A stretch of DNA of 64,000 nt from Thermoplasmata archaeon (GTDB taxonomy: Archaea > Thermoplasmatota > Thermoplasmata > UBA10834). The stretch lies in assembly GCA_038852315.1 (NCBI GenBank), contig JAWCKF010000002.1:12840-76839 (forward strand), given 5' to 3'. The position numbers and the translations under genes were made by a program. The notes beneath the pieces are model-generated. The model saw only the letters and a program-made list of their open reading frames with translations. It had not been told where the DNA came from and did no database searches. Position 1 is the first letter of the stretch. The number at the start of each line of letters is the position of its first letter. Shown piece after piece: positions 46,883-56,466 of this stretch.

Positions 46883-47509
46883 TTGCGCGGAGTCGTTCTT
46901 CTCTCCGGTGGCATAGACTCGCCCGTTGCTGCATACTTTATGGGAAGGCAGGGGCTTGAGCTCGTGCTCGTGCACTTCGACAATAGACCTTTCACGAGCG
47001 ACCAGGAGGTCGAGAAGGCAGTCAGGCTCATGCGCAGGCTGGATGTTGTTCTAGGGCGCGAGAGCAGGAAGCTGCTCGTACCTCACGGGAACGTCCAGGC
47101 AGAGCTCGCAAGGAACTGCAGGCGCAACCTCGAGTGCGTGCTCTGCAGGCGCATGATGTTTAGAGTGGCTGAGAAGCTTGCGGAAAGGCACAGCGCTCAG
47201 TGCATAGTGACCGGCGAGTCGCTCGGACAGGTCGCCTCCCAGACGCTCCAGAACATGGCCGTCGAGGAGCGTGCGACGAGGTTGCCTATCCTCAGACCGC
47301 TCATAGGCTTCGACAAGATCGAGATAGAGAGGACAGCGAAGAGCATAGGCACCTACGACATATCGATACTCCCGGGGATGTGCTGCACAATAGCGCCCAA
47401 GAAGCCCTCAACTTACAGCAGGCTCGAGGCGGTGGAGGCAGAGGAGGGAAGGGTGTCCATCGAGAGCCTTGTTGAACAGGAGGTCGAAGGGGCGGTGGAG
47501 GTCATATGA
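46883..47509 (+). CDS. thiI: ThiI-type PP-loop ATP pyrophosphatase domain protein lacking the N-terminal ferredoxin-like and THUMP domains
   Basis: The PP-loop is LLSGGIDSPVAAY and the ThiI hallmark is TGESLGQVASQTLQN...PLIGFDKIEIE. CxxC (CVLC) and MCC are present. It is only 208 aa and starts with TTG directly after the E1 stop. Confidence 0.75.
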   Translation: MRGVVLLSGGIDSPVAAYFMGRQGLELVLVHFDNRPFTSDQEVEKAVRLMRRLDVVLGRESRKLLVPHGNVQAELARNCRRNLECVLCRRMMFRVAEKLAERHSAQCIVTGESLGQVASQTLQNMAVEERATRLPILRPLIGFDKIEIERTAKSIGTYDISILPGMCCTIAPKKPSTYSRLEAVEAEEGRVSIESLVEQEVEGAVEVI

Positions 47510-47982
47510 AAGGCTACGTGCTCGACACTTCGGTGCTCTACTATGGCAAAGACTTCCCCGAGGGTTTCGAGCTGGTGGTCACGCCAGGCGTCATCAGGGA
47601 GCTCGACAAGGAGGGCATGGGTCAGAGACTCGAGCTGCTCCTCGCCACCAGGATAAGGGTATCTTCCCCTAGCAAACGCTCCCTCGAGAGGGTCGAGAAG
47701 GAGGCCGGCAAGACCGGAGACTCGAGACGGCTATCGCCGACCGACAAGGAACTTCTGGCACTTTCATCCGAGCTCGGGTACGAGCTCGTCACAGACGACT
47801 ACTCGATACAGAACCTGGCGAGGGTCATGGGGATACCCTGCCGCGGGTTCGATCAGAGGGGCATAACCGAGGTGTTCGAGTGGCTGGCGCGGTGCAGGGG
47901 CTGCGGGAAAGTGTTCCCCGCAAACGTGAGGGTGTGCGATGTTTGTGGGTCCGAGACGAGGCCCCGGAGAAAGAGGCACTGA
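47506..47982 (+). CDS. nob1: Nob1-like PIN-domain endonuclease with a C-terminal zinc ribbon
   Basis: The PIN acidic residues are in YVLDTS...LSPTDKELLAL...LVTDDYSIQN, and the zinc ribbon is CRGCGKVF...CDVCGS. There is an ATGA overlap with the upstream gene. Confidence 0.8.
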   Translation: MKGYVLDTSVLYYGKDFPEGFELVVTPGVIRELDKEGMGQRLELLLATRIRVSSPSKRSLERVEKEAGKTGDSRRLSPTDKELLALSSELGYELVTDDYSIQNLARVMGIPCRGFDQRGITEVFEWLARCRGCGKVFPANVRVCDVCGSETRPRRKRH

Positions 47983-48000
47983 CCCTCGATGCGCATTCAT

Positions 48001-49086
48001 CTAGAAGACATAGAAGACCTTGGAGCACCTGATCGCTCGGGAGAGCCCGCGCCTTCCGAGGACGGCCATCGCGAACCTGGTCCTCCTGTCCGAGGGGAAG
48101 AACATGTCTGCGAGCTTCCTCGTCCACAGGGCATCAGCGAGCGGCTTGCCAAGCACCGAGCGCCACCGACGCTCGTACTCCTCAAGAGGCGTCCCCTCCT
48201 TCAGGTGCTGCCTGATGGTCTTCCCAGCTATGCGTCCAGCTATCATCGCGATAGGGATCCCGCCGCCGTTCGTGGCCATCACATGGCCCGCAGCGTCTCC
48301 CACCGTGATCACGTTGCCCGAGACCGTACGCGACACCGGGCCTGACTGTGGCACGAAGCCCATCGTCACATCGCTGTACCTCACGCCTAGGCTCTGGACG
48401 AACCTTCTGAAGAGTTCGGACGGACGTCTGCCCTTCAGAAGCGCTGGGTTGAAACCCGCCCCGACGTTCGCACCCTTCCTCTTAGGTATCACCCACGCGT
48501 AACCTCCGGGCGCTATCTGCCCGAAGTACATCCTGATGACCGGCTCGAAGTATCCCTCCGCCTGGCACGTCACTGCAGGATAGCGTACCGAGGGTCGCTC
48601 GAGCCCGGCAGAGCGTGCCACCCTCGAGTTGGGGCCGTCGGCACCGACGATTATCTTCGCCTTCACATCTCCGAGCGTCGTCTTCGCAACGCCGTCTGAA
48701 AGACCTTTGAACGAAACGCCAGTCTCTATCCTCGCGCCAGCTTCGAGAGCCAGCTTTGCTAGGTGCTTGTCGAACGCCCTTCGATCGAGCGTGCACCCCT
48801 CAAAAGCGCACCTGTAGGTCTTCCCACCTGGCGCAATCATGTCCACGCAGCTGGCCTCTCCGGCGACCACCTCCTCGGGAAGGGAGAAGAGCTCCTCAAG
48901 GTCCATGCTCCTGGGGAACATGGAGTACATCTCCTTTGCCGCTGGCAGGAACTCGCCACACTGGACGGGGTAGCCTATCTCAGCACGCCTGTCGACGATC
49001 AGAACATCGAGGTCCCTGCCAGCGCAGTACCTTCCCACCGTGCTGCCCGCCGGGCCGGCGCCCACGACTAGGACGTCGACCTCCAA
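48001..49086 (-). CDS. Geranylgeranyl reductase family flavoprotein
   Basis: The FAD motif is DVLVVGAGPAGS, followed by GGYAWVIPK and GDAAGHV. The likely start is TTG 49086. Track ORF 48001..49242 overlaps the upstream gene by 175 nt. Confidence 0.8.
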   Translation of the reverse strand: MEVDVLVVGAGPAGSTVGRYCAGRDLDVLIVDRRAEIGYPVQCGEFLPAAKEMYSMFPRSMDLEELFSLPEEVVAGEASCVDMIAPGGKTYRCAFEGCTLDRRAFDKHLAKLALEAGARIETGVSFKGLSDGVAKTTLGDVKAKIIVGADGPNSRVARSAGLERPSVRYPAVTCQAEGYFEPVIRMYFGQIAPGGYAWVIPKRKGANVGAGFNPALLKGRRPSELFRRFVQSLGVRYSDVTMGFVPQSGPVSRTVSGNVITVGDAAGHVMATNGGGIPIAMIAGRIAGKTIRQHLKEGTPLEEYERRWRSVLGKPLADALWTRKLADMFFPSDRRTRFAMAVLGRRGLSRAIRCSKVFYVF

Positions 49087-49778
49087 GGCTTCTTCCCCCT
49101 GGTGACGGCCGCGCCTTTCATGTCCAGGAACTCCGTCCTCACATCGGTGAATCCGAACCTCTCGAAGAGCTTCTCGTATGTTGAGGGCGGCCCGTAGGCG
49201 GCCCACGTGTCGGCGAGCTTCGAGTAGGGATCGCGCGCCCACAACTCGCGCGTGCGCGGGCTCACAGCTATGCGAGCGAGGACGGGCACCACCCTGCGGA
49301 AATGCAGGTCGAGCATCTTGGCGAACGGGCCTGACTCAGGCTTGACCACGTCCGTCACGAGCGCCTCCCCGCCCTCCCTCAGCACCCTGTACATCTCGGA
49401 AAGCGCCGAAGGCTTGTCGTAGAAGTCTCTGAAGGAGAAGACGCAGAACACCTTGTCAACCGAGCCCTCAGCGAGAGGTATCCTCTCCGCGACGCCTCTG
49501 AGCACCGTCACGCGCTCTGGATCGAGCATACCCATCGCAGACGACCTGAACTCAGTCGAGGGTTCGAGGCAGTAGATCTCCCTCGCCCGCAGGTGCCTTG
49601 TGAAGTATCCCGGTCCGGGACCTAGCTCCAGCACGATGTCGTCCGGGGCCGCTTCGGCCGCCACCCTTCTCCGCCAACGGTCCACGAGGCCGAAGGTCAT
49701 GAGCCAGTTCATGCGCTCGTAATACGGCCCTACCTCTTCCAAGGACGATACGAGCTCAGCCCACTCATCGTGCGTCAT
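49068..49778 (-). CDS. UbiE/MenG-family (demethyl)menaquinone/ubiquinone C-methyltransferase-like SAM methyltransferase
   Basis: YYERMNWLMTFGLVDRWRR (a UbiE-like N-terminal motif) and the SAM motif VLELGPGPGY. The start is ATG 49778, or possibly 49823. Confidence 0.75.
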   Translation of the reverse strand: MTHDEWAELVSSLEEVGPYYERMNWLMTFGLVDRWRRRVAAEAAPDDIVLELGPGPGYFTRHLRAREIYCLEPSTEFRSSAMGMLDPERVTVLRGVAERIPLAEGSVDKVFCVFSFRDFYDKPSALSEMYRVLREGGEALVTDVVKPESGPFAKMLDLHFRRVVPVLARIAVSPRTRELWARDPYSKLADTWAAYGPPSTYEKLFERFGFTDVRTEFLDMKGAAVTRGKKPWRSTS

Positions 49779-49806
49779 GCCTCTGCTATCCAAGCACGCC
49801 ACCGCC

Positions 49807-50778
49807 CTACGAATCCCTCTCAAGCACCCTCTTCACAAGGTCTCTGAGTGCCTGGCTCTCGCGCGTCTTCGGGAGCGCGCCGAGATGGCTAACCGCCTCC
49901 ATGCCGTAGTATTCGGCCATGCTCCTAGCCTTCGAGACAGCGCCGCTCTCGACAACCGCCTTAACGCCTGCCCTCACAAGCTCCGGGGGAGGGCAGTCCA
50001 TCGAGACGATCCTCAGGACCAGCTCCTTGGCCGCTGCGGAGTCCCTTATCGCCAGCAGCGAGGGAAGCGTGAGGTGGCCTTCCCTCAAATCCACGCCGCC
50101 CTCCTTGCCCGTTCTGCTCTGGTCCCCTGCGAAGTCCAAGACGTCGTCGATGATTTGGAACGCGATGCCGAGGTTCATGCCGTACGCACCCATGCTCTCT
50201 ATGAGGTTCGGCGACGCGCCCGCCAGGTAGGCACCTACCATCGCGCCCGCCCGGATAGGATAAGCCGTCTTCCGTTCCATGATCTTGAGGTAGGCGTCCA
50301 CGGACAGGTCCGTGCGATGCCTGTACCTGAACTGCATCACCTCGCCCTCAGCGAGCTTCGCGCACGCGTCCGCTGTGGTCTCGACAACGTTCCTGTCGAA
50401 CCTGCCGCCGAGAGCGAACGCCTGAACGAAAAGGAAGTCGCCGGTGACTATGGCGTCGTGAAGGCCGTACTTCTTGTAGACGGTCTCTCTGCCGCGGCGG
50501 GTCATACCGCCGTCGTTGATGTCGTCGTGGACGAGGGTTGCGGAGTGAATGAGCTCGAAACCCGTCGCTATGTCGACGATGCGCTCTGTATCTGTCCCCC
50601 CGAGGGCCTTGTAGACAAGGAGCGTCACTGTAGGCCTGAGGCGCTTCCCTCCCGCGTCGATCACGTGGAGCGAGGCTTCCGTCAACACTCTCTCCTGCGA
50701 CCTGACCATGTCGTGGAGCTTCTTCTCGACCATGTCGAGCTCCTTCTGGATGCCAAAATCCCAGGGCGCGGAAGACAT
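49807..50778 (-). CDS. trans-Polyprenyl diphosphate synthase
   Basis: The first Asp-rich motif is LVHDDINDGGMTRRG and the second is FQIIDDVLD. Confidence 0.85.
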   Translation of the reverse strand: MSSAPWDFGIQKELDMVEKKLHDMVRSQERVLTEASLHVIDAGGKRLRPTVTLLVYKALGGTDTERIVDIATGFELIHSATLVHDDINDGGMTRRGRETVYKKYGLHDAIVTGDFLFVQAFALGGRFDRNVVETTADACAKLAEGEVMQFRYRHRTDLSVDAYLKIMERKTAYPIRAGAMVGAYLAGASPNLIESMGAYGMNLGIAFQIIDDVLDFAGDQSRTGKEGGVDLREGHLTLPSLLAIRDSAAAKELVLRIVSMDCPPPELVRAGVKAVVESGAVSKARSMAEYYGMEAVSHLGALPKTRESQALRDLVKRVLERDS

Positions 50779-50884
50779 GCGTTGCGCATATCATGCATGG
50801 CCTACTTAATGGTGATGGTTGCTGGCCGTTGGGAGGACGCACGTCTGGCCGCGCGAGAAAGCGCACCCTGCTACGGCTAGCAGC

Positions 50885-52387
50885 TCATGTACCCTGAGGC
50901 AGCGAGGGGAACATGCCCGAAGCGGCATCGACGCACACCTTAATGACAGGCTCCGGATACAGGCCTATGACGACCACTGCGAGCGCTGCGACGGCCACCG
51001 CGACTTTCAGCATCGGCGTGAGCTCCAGGCGCCCTTCCTGGCCCTTCTCCATGTACATGTACTTGATCACGCGCGCGTAATAGTAAAGCGAGAGAGCGCT
51101 GTTCAGCACGCCCGCGATGGCAAGCCAGACGAGCCAGTCAGGGCCAGGCGCGGCTGCATACACCGCAGACGAGAAGAGGACGAACTTGCTCGCGAAGCCC
51201 GCGAGCGGCGGTATGCCAGCCAGGGAGAGCAGGAACAAGGTCATCGCGAACGCGAGCCATGGCGCCCTCTTCGCGAGCCCTTTGAAATCATCCAGGCGCT
51301 CGCCGACTGCGACTGCGCCCATCGCCGCAGTGACCATGAACGCCCCTGACTTCATGAAGGCGTGCGTGAGCACGTGGAACAGCCCACCAGCGACTGCGTA
51401 CTGAGTGCCTATGGGCAGGACGATCAATATGTACCCCGCCTGCGCGACGGACGAATACGCCAACATGCGCTTGATGTTGGTCTGCGAAACCGCGATCACG
51501 TTGCCCACGGTCATCGTCAATATCGCGAGCGCTGCCGCGGCCTCCTCCCACTGGGCTATCGACGCGACGAGGCCTATCAGGAACACCTTGAAGAACGCCG
51601 CGAAGCCCATCTTCTTGGATGCCGCCGCCAGGAGGCCCGAGACCGGTGTCGGGGCGCCCTCGTACACGTCAGGCGCCCACATGTGGAACGGGACAGCAGC
51701 TATCTTGAAGCCGAACCCGGCGAACAACAGCACCGTCGCGAGCAGTGTCACGGAGTCCGAGCTGTCGATCCAAGATGGCCTCGAAACGCTCGTCAGAGCG
51801 TCATGGATGCCCGATATGTTCGTGGTGCCTGCGACGCCGTACAGGAGGGAGATACCGAAGAGCGTCAGCGCGGACGAGAACCCGCCCACGATGAAGTACT
51901 TCGTCGCGGCCTCGGCGGAGCGCTTCTCCGTCTTGCGGAACCCGGAAAGTGCGAAAGATGATATGCCTGCTATCTCCAGGCCTATGAACAGCGCTATGAG
52001 ATCGGCCGCTTCGGCCACGATCGTCATACCCGTTATGGCCAGGAGGATGAGCGAGTAGTACTCCCCGTGGTGTCTGTCAGCCCTGATGAACTCAGGGGAG
52101 CCGAGAACGACCACGACGCCCACGGACACGAACACGAGCATGAGGAGGCCGCTGAACGCGTCGACCTCAAGCAGAGATATCTCGCTCGGCGGCGGCTCCC
52201 ACAGTCCCAGGAAGAGCCACGAGGCGACGGCGACCAGAAGGCCGAGCAACGGCACGAGCGTCAAGCCTGCGAGCAGGCGCTTGTCCTTGAACATGTAGTC
52301 GTACGCAGGCAACAGCAGCGCGAACAGGACGAGCACGAGCTGCGGTGTGAGCGTCTCGAGATAGGTCCAGACAGCCAACTCATCCAC
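50885..52387 (-). CDS. nuoN: NADH-quinone oxidoreductase-like complex, subunit N (antiporter-like)
   Basis: 500-aa polytopic protein of the Mrp/NuoN family, last gene of the operon. Confidence 0.85.
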   Translation of the reverse strand: MDELAVWTYLETLTPQLVLVLFALLLPAYDYMFKDKRLLAGLTLVPLLGLLVAVASWLFLGLWEPPPSEISLLEVDAFSGLLMLVFVSVGVVVVLGSPEFIRADRHHGEYYSLILLAITGMTIVAEAADLIALFIGLEIAGISSFALSGFRKTEKRSAEAATKYFIVGGFSSALTLFGISLLYGVAGTTNISGIHDALTSVSRPSWIDSSDSVTLLATVLLFAGFGFKIAAVPFHMWAPDVYEGAPTPVSGLLAAASKKMGFAAFFKVFLIGLVASIAQWEEAAAALAILTMTVGNVIAVSQTNIKRMLAYSSVAQAGYILIVLPIGTQYAVAGGLFHVLTHAFMKSGAFMVTAAMGAVAVGERLDDFKGLAKRAPWLAFAMTLFLLSLAGIPPLAGFASKFVLFSSAVYAAAPGPDWLVWLAIAGVLNSALSLYYYARVIKYMYMEKGQEGRLELTPMLKVAVAVAALAVVVIGLYPEPVIKVCVDAASGMFPSLPQGT

Positions 52388-53900
52388 CTCCGAGGATGGG
52401 CAGCACTATGTCTGTGGCCGGATTGATCAGCTGGAACACCAGCGAAGGCAGCACGCCGAACACGGCTATGAGCAGAATGAGCACGCTCACGGGGACGCTC
52501 TCGTACCATGCCGCATCGTGCAGGTGGGACGTGTCAATCCTATCCGTCAGCGGGCCGAACATGGAGCGCTGCAGCGCCCAGAGGTAATACCCCGCGGTGA
52601 TGGCGACGCTGAGTATGGGCAAGAAGAGCCACATCGCCCATGTGTTGAACATGCTCGCGAAGACCATGAACTCGGCTGCGAAGCTGACCAGGCCCGGCAG
52701 TCCGAGCGACGCGAGGAACCCGATCGTCATGAGCGTCGCAGCCACGGGCATCTTCTTCGCGAGGCCGCCCAGTTTCGGAATCAGCCTGGTGCCGCAGTGA
52801 TGCTGCACCACGCCGCACATCATGAACAGGACCGCCGTCACGAGTCCGTGCGCGAACATCTGGAACACGCCAGCCGCTATGCCCAACGACGAGAACGTGG
52901 CGAACCCCAGAAGAACGAACCCCATGTGGCTGATGGAGGAGTACGCCACCATCTTCTTGAGGTCGGGCTGGGCAAGGCAGAGCAGTGCGCCATACAGGAT
53001 GCTCGCGATGGCGATCGCCGCCATCACCAGCTGCAGCTCGGACGCGCCCTCGGGCAGCGTCGGCATCGCGACCCTGATTATCCCGTACCCGCCCATCTTG
53101 AGCAGCAGGCCTGCCAGCAGCACGCTGCCTGCAGTGGGCGCCTCGACGTGCGCGTCCGGCAGCCACGTGTGGAACGGCACCATGGGCAGCTTCACGCCGA
53201 ACCCGAAGAACATGGCGGCGAACACCGCGACCTGGAAGGTGCGGTTGAACAGAGGGGCCTGGAGGGCGATCTGCTCCATGCTGAAAGTGTTCGCGCCCGC
53301 CTCGAAGTACAGTGCCATGATGGATATCAGCATCGCAAGACTCGCGATATGGGTGTATATGAAGAACTTGATGGCCGCGTAGTCCTTGTTCGGTCCCCCC
53401 CAGACGCCTATCATGAAGTACATCGGTATCAGGACGACCTCCCAGAACACGTAGAAGACGAAGTAGTCGAGCGCGACGAATACGCCGAGCACGCCCACCT
53501 CCAGTATCTGCATGAGTCCGAAGTACTCCTTTGGCCTGAGGGTGGTGTCCCAGGAGAACACTATAGCGAGGAACGAGAGCAGCGTGGTGAGCACGAACAG
53601 CGGGAGGCCGATACCATCCAGGCCGACCGTGTAGCTGATGCCAAGCGACTCGATCCACGGATACTCCTCGTAGAACTGGAAGTCGAAGTAGCCACGGCCG
53701 TCGTGGAACCCGACAGCATCGGGGCCGGGAGAGATGCTGAAGTCCAGGGCGACGAGGACCGAGAGCATCAGCGCGGCCCCCGAGAATGCTGCCGCGAGCC
53801 ATTTGGCGTAGCCTGTGCGCTTTCCGAGCATGAACGTGGTCAGGGAGCCTATCAGCGGCAGGAGTATGATGATGGAGATTATCGGCACGCCCTCGAACAC
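52380..53900 (-). CDS. nuoM: Complex I subunit M (antiporter-like)
   Basis: 506 aa. The WLPDAHVEAPTAGSVLLAG motif is present. It overlaps nuoN by 8 nt. Confidence 0.85.
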   Translation of the reverse strand: MFEGVPIISIIILLPLIGSLTTFMLGKRTGYAKWLAAAFSGAALMLSVLVALDFSISPGPDAVGFHDGRGYFDFQFYEEYPWIESLGISYTVGLDGIGLPLFVLTTLLSFLAIVFSWDTTLRPKEYFGLMQILEVGVLGVFVALDYFVFYVFWEVVLIPMYFMIGVWGGPNKDYAAIKFFIYTHIASLAMLISIMALYFEAGANTFSMEQIALQAPLFNRTFQVAVFAAMFFGFGVKLPMVPFHTWLPDAHVEAPTAGSVLLAGLLLKMGGYGIIRVAMPTLPEGASELQLVMAAIAIASILYGALLCLAQPDLKKMVAYSSISHMGFVLLGFATFSSLGIAAGVFQMFAHGLVTAVLFMMCGVVQHHCGTRLIPKLGGLAKKMPVAATLMTIGFLASLGLPGLVSFAAEFMVFASMFNTWAMWLFLPILSVAITAGYYLWALQRSMFGPLTDRIDTSHLHDAAWYESVPVSVLILLIAVFGVLPSLVFQLINPATDIVLPILGGG

Positions 53901-55910
53901 CTACCACCACCTCCCGAACAGCGGCTCCCCGCTGGTCAGCCACGGCAGGACGTATATCACGAAGAACAGCAGCAGGACTATCCCGAGAACGACGACGCTG
54001 GCATACCTCCGGACATCACCTGACTGCGCCTTCCTGATGATCCCGCCAAGAGCGGTGGCGACATGGGCGATGCCGTTCACAACTCCATCTATGACATATC
54101 TGTCGAACTTGTCCGCGAGCAGTGCGAACCCGTACCACAGGATGTAAGCGAAGTCATCGTAGAACTTGCTGATGTACCACCTGTTCTCGAGTGCGCGCTG
54201 GAACGTGCCAGGCACCCCCCTGGAAAAGCCCGACCTATCGAACCCAGGCAAGTAGTAGATGCGGTATGCGATGAATATGCCTGTCACCGCGAGCGCTATC
54301 GAGAGGTATGTGAGCGGGTCGGAGAATATCTCGACCGCGATGTCAGCCAGCGTCTCGTGCTCGACCACGCCAAGCTCCTCGATCGCGCCGGCCATGAACG
54401 ACTTGAACCCGACGCCTATGAACAGGGCGAAGCCCGAGACGACGGCGAGGCAGGCCAGTATGATGAGCGGCACGGTCATGATCTTAGGTGACTCGTGAGC
54501 GTGCACCTCGGACCGCGGCTCTCCCGAGAAGGTCATGAACCACATCCTGAACATGTAGAAAGCCGTGAGGAAGGCGGTCCCGATTCCCATGGCCCAGAGC
54601 ACGAAGAAGGTGACGTCGAACTCGCCCGCGTGGTACACGGCCGCGAGGACCTCGTCCTTGCTCCAGAAGCCTGAGAGCGGAGGTATGCCAGCGATGGCTA
54701 GCGCGCCCACGAGCATGGTGGCGGATGTGATGGGCATCTTCTTCCGCAGACCGCCCATCAGGCGCATGTCGTTAGTGCCGACCGCGTGTATCACGCTGCC
54801 CGCGCAGAGGAACAGGAGCGCCTTGAAGAACCCGTGATTCATGAGATGGAATGTCGCTGCTGTATAGCCGCTTGCGGACGCCCCATGTATGACGAGGTAT
54901 CCGCCCGCACCAAGACCGAGGATCATGTAACCGAGCTGGCTGATGGTGCTGTAGGCGAGCACGCGCTTTATGTCCGTGGCGACGAGAGCGACCGTTGCAG
55001 CGAGCAAGGCAGTGACGCCGCCGATCACAGCCACATACATGAGGCTGTCAGGTGTGAGGACCAGTAGCGGATAGGTCCTGGCAGTGAGGTACACACCCGC
55101 CTTGACCATCGTGGCGGCGTGGATGAGCGCCGATACGGTCGTCGGACCCTCCATCGCATCGGGTAACCACTCGTGCAACGGGAACTGGGCGCTCTTGCCT
55201 ATCGCGCCGCCGAATATCAGTGCTGTCGCGAGGGTCAGCATGTTCGGGTCGGACGCGAAGGCCTCGCTCGTCCCCCTAGCGCCATCGGCGAACAGCGTCA
55301 TGAAATCGAGCGTGCCCGTGTACTTGAGCAAGATGATGATGCCCGCCATGAACATGATGTCGCCGACGCGTGTGACTATGAACGCGCGCTTGGCCGCGCT
55401 CGCAGCCGAGGGCTTCTCGTACCAGAACCCTATCAGGAGATACGAGCAGAGGCCGACCAGCTCCCAGAAGATGAACATCTCGAGGTAGTTGTCCGCCAGA
55501 ACGAGTCCGTACATGACAGATATGAACAGCATGATCTCGGCGTAGTACCGCCTCCTCCCGACTCCTTCCTCGTGCATGTACCCCCCGGAGTAGATGACGA
55601 CCAGCGTGCCCACGACGGATATGACCACGAGCAGGATGGCCGTGAGCTGGTCTATCCACAGGCCGAAGGTCACGTCATACCCGCCGACTACCAGCCACTG
55701 GAACCTGACGGAGCCGTCGGTGAGGGTGTGTCCGTTCAGGACCTCCCAGACTACGAGCATCGACAGGATGAACGCGCCCGCAGCGCCGCCTATTGCGTAA
55801 CCGCCGCCGTCCTCCCAGCCAAGCGTACGCCTCGGCAGCAGGCCGATGAGCACGAAGGCAACGAAGGGGAACAGGGGGATGAGCCAAGCGTACTCGAGCA
55901 CAGTCACCAC
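53901..55910 (-). CDS. nuoL: Complex I subunit L (antiporter-like, with a C-terminal lateral-helix region)
   Basis: 669 aa. The WLPDAMEGPTTVSALIHAATMV motif is present. Confidence 0.85.
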   Translation of the reverse strand: MVTVLEYAWLIPLFPFVAFVLIGLLPRRTLGWEDGGGYAIGGAAGAFILSMLVVWEVLNGHTLTDGSVRFQWLVVGGYDVTFGLWIDQLTAILLVVISVVGTLVVIYSGGYMHEEGVGRRRYYAEIMLFISVMYGLVLADNYLEMFIFWELVGLCSYLLIGFWYEKPSAASAAKRAFIVTRVGDIMFMAGIIILLKYTGTLDFMTLFADGARGTSEAFASDPNMLTLATALIFGGAIGKSAQFPLHEWLPDAMEGPTTVSALIHAATMVKAGVYLTARTYPLLVLTPDSLMYVAVIGGVTALLAATVALVATDIKRVLAYSTISQLGYMILGLGAGGYLVIHGASASGYTAATFHLMNHGFFKALLFLCAGSVIHAVGTNDMRLMGGLRKKMPITSATMLVGALAIAGIPPLSGFWSKDEVLAAVYHAGEFDVTFFVLWAMGIGTAFLTAFYMFRMWFMTFSGEPRSEVHAHESPKIMTVPLIILACLAVVSGFALFIGVGFKSFMAGAIEELGVVEHETLADIAVEIFSDPLTYLSIALAVTGIFIAYRIYYLPGFDRSGFSRGVPGTFQRALENRWYISKFYDDFAYILWYGFALLADKFDRYVIDGVVNGIAHVATALGGIIRKAQSGDVRRYASVVVLGIVLLLFFVIYVLPWLTSGEPLFGRWW

Positions 55911-56224
55911 CTCAGGATGTTGATCTTGTCAACATCGATCGTCTGATACCTCCTGTAAACAGAAAGTATGATGGCGAGACCTACCGCGACCTCCGCTGCA
56001 GCTATGGCTATCGAGAACAGGGCGAACGCCTGGCCTGAAGCGTCCGGGAGCCCGTGGAGCATCGTGTGGTACGAACTGAACGCCACGAGGTTGATGTTCG
56101 CGGCATTCAGCATCACCTCGATTGACATCAGCACCACGATGGCGTTCTTCCTCGTGAGGACGCCGTATGCACCGATCGCAAAAAGGAGGGAGCTGAAAAC
56201 CAACCAGTAAGAGAGAGGTATCAT
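55904..56224 (-). CDS. nuoK: Complex I subunit K
   Basis: 106 aa, three TM segments, with AAEVAVGLAIIL near the C-terminus. Confidence 0.85.
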   Translation of the reverse strand: MIPLSYWLVFSSLLFAIGAYGVLTRKNAIVVLMSIEVMLNAANINLVAFSSYHTMLHGLPDASGQAFALFSIAIAAAEVAVGLAIILSVYRRYQTIDVDKINILRW

Positions 56225-56466
56225 TCTCTTTCCTCCTTCGCTAGGAACACGCCGCCGAGCAGCGCCACGAGGAGCAACAGGCCGATCAGCAACACCACGA
56301 GCCCGTACCCGGCGGCGTCGCTGGTCCCGAACATCGCCCTCGCCACGTCCTCGTTCGATGTGTCATCGACGCCGCCCTCGGTCGGCCAGTCGACCATGAG
56401 AACCGCGCCCACGAACATGAGCGCCATGGCAGCGACCGCACCGGCCCTGAGCACGATCTCCCTCAT
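56221..56466 (-). CDS. nuoJ2: Complex I subunit J, C-terminal half (separate ORF)
   Basis: MREIVLRAGAVAAMALMF...GYGLVVLLIGLLLLVALLGGVFLAKEERE. There are ATGA overlaps at both ends. Confidence 0.7.
   Translation of the reverse strand: MREIVLRAGAVAAMALMFVGAVLMVDWPTEGGVDDTSNEDVARAMFGTSDAAGYGLVVLLIGLLLLVALLGGVFLAKEERE

Noticed and set aside
46078-47031. A 317-aa ORF antisense to the E1-like and ThiI genes.
   Set aside because: It has Ser/Thr/Pro-rich shadow composition, while the sense-strand genes have clear catalytic motifs.
52518-54023. Very long alternative-frame and antisense ORFs across nuoM/nuoL (52518..54023 +, 501 aa; 52540..53943 -, 467 aa; also 55173..55946 + and 57834..58355 +).
   Set aside because: They are Arg/His/Glu/Gly-rich and of low complexity, typical of shadow frames in high-GC DNA. 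The polytopic Nuo frames carry the family motifs.
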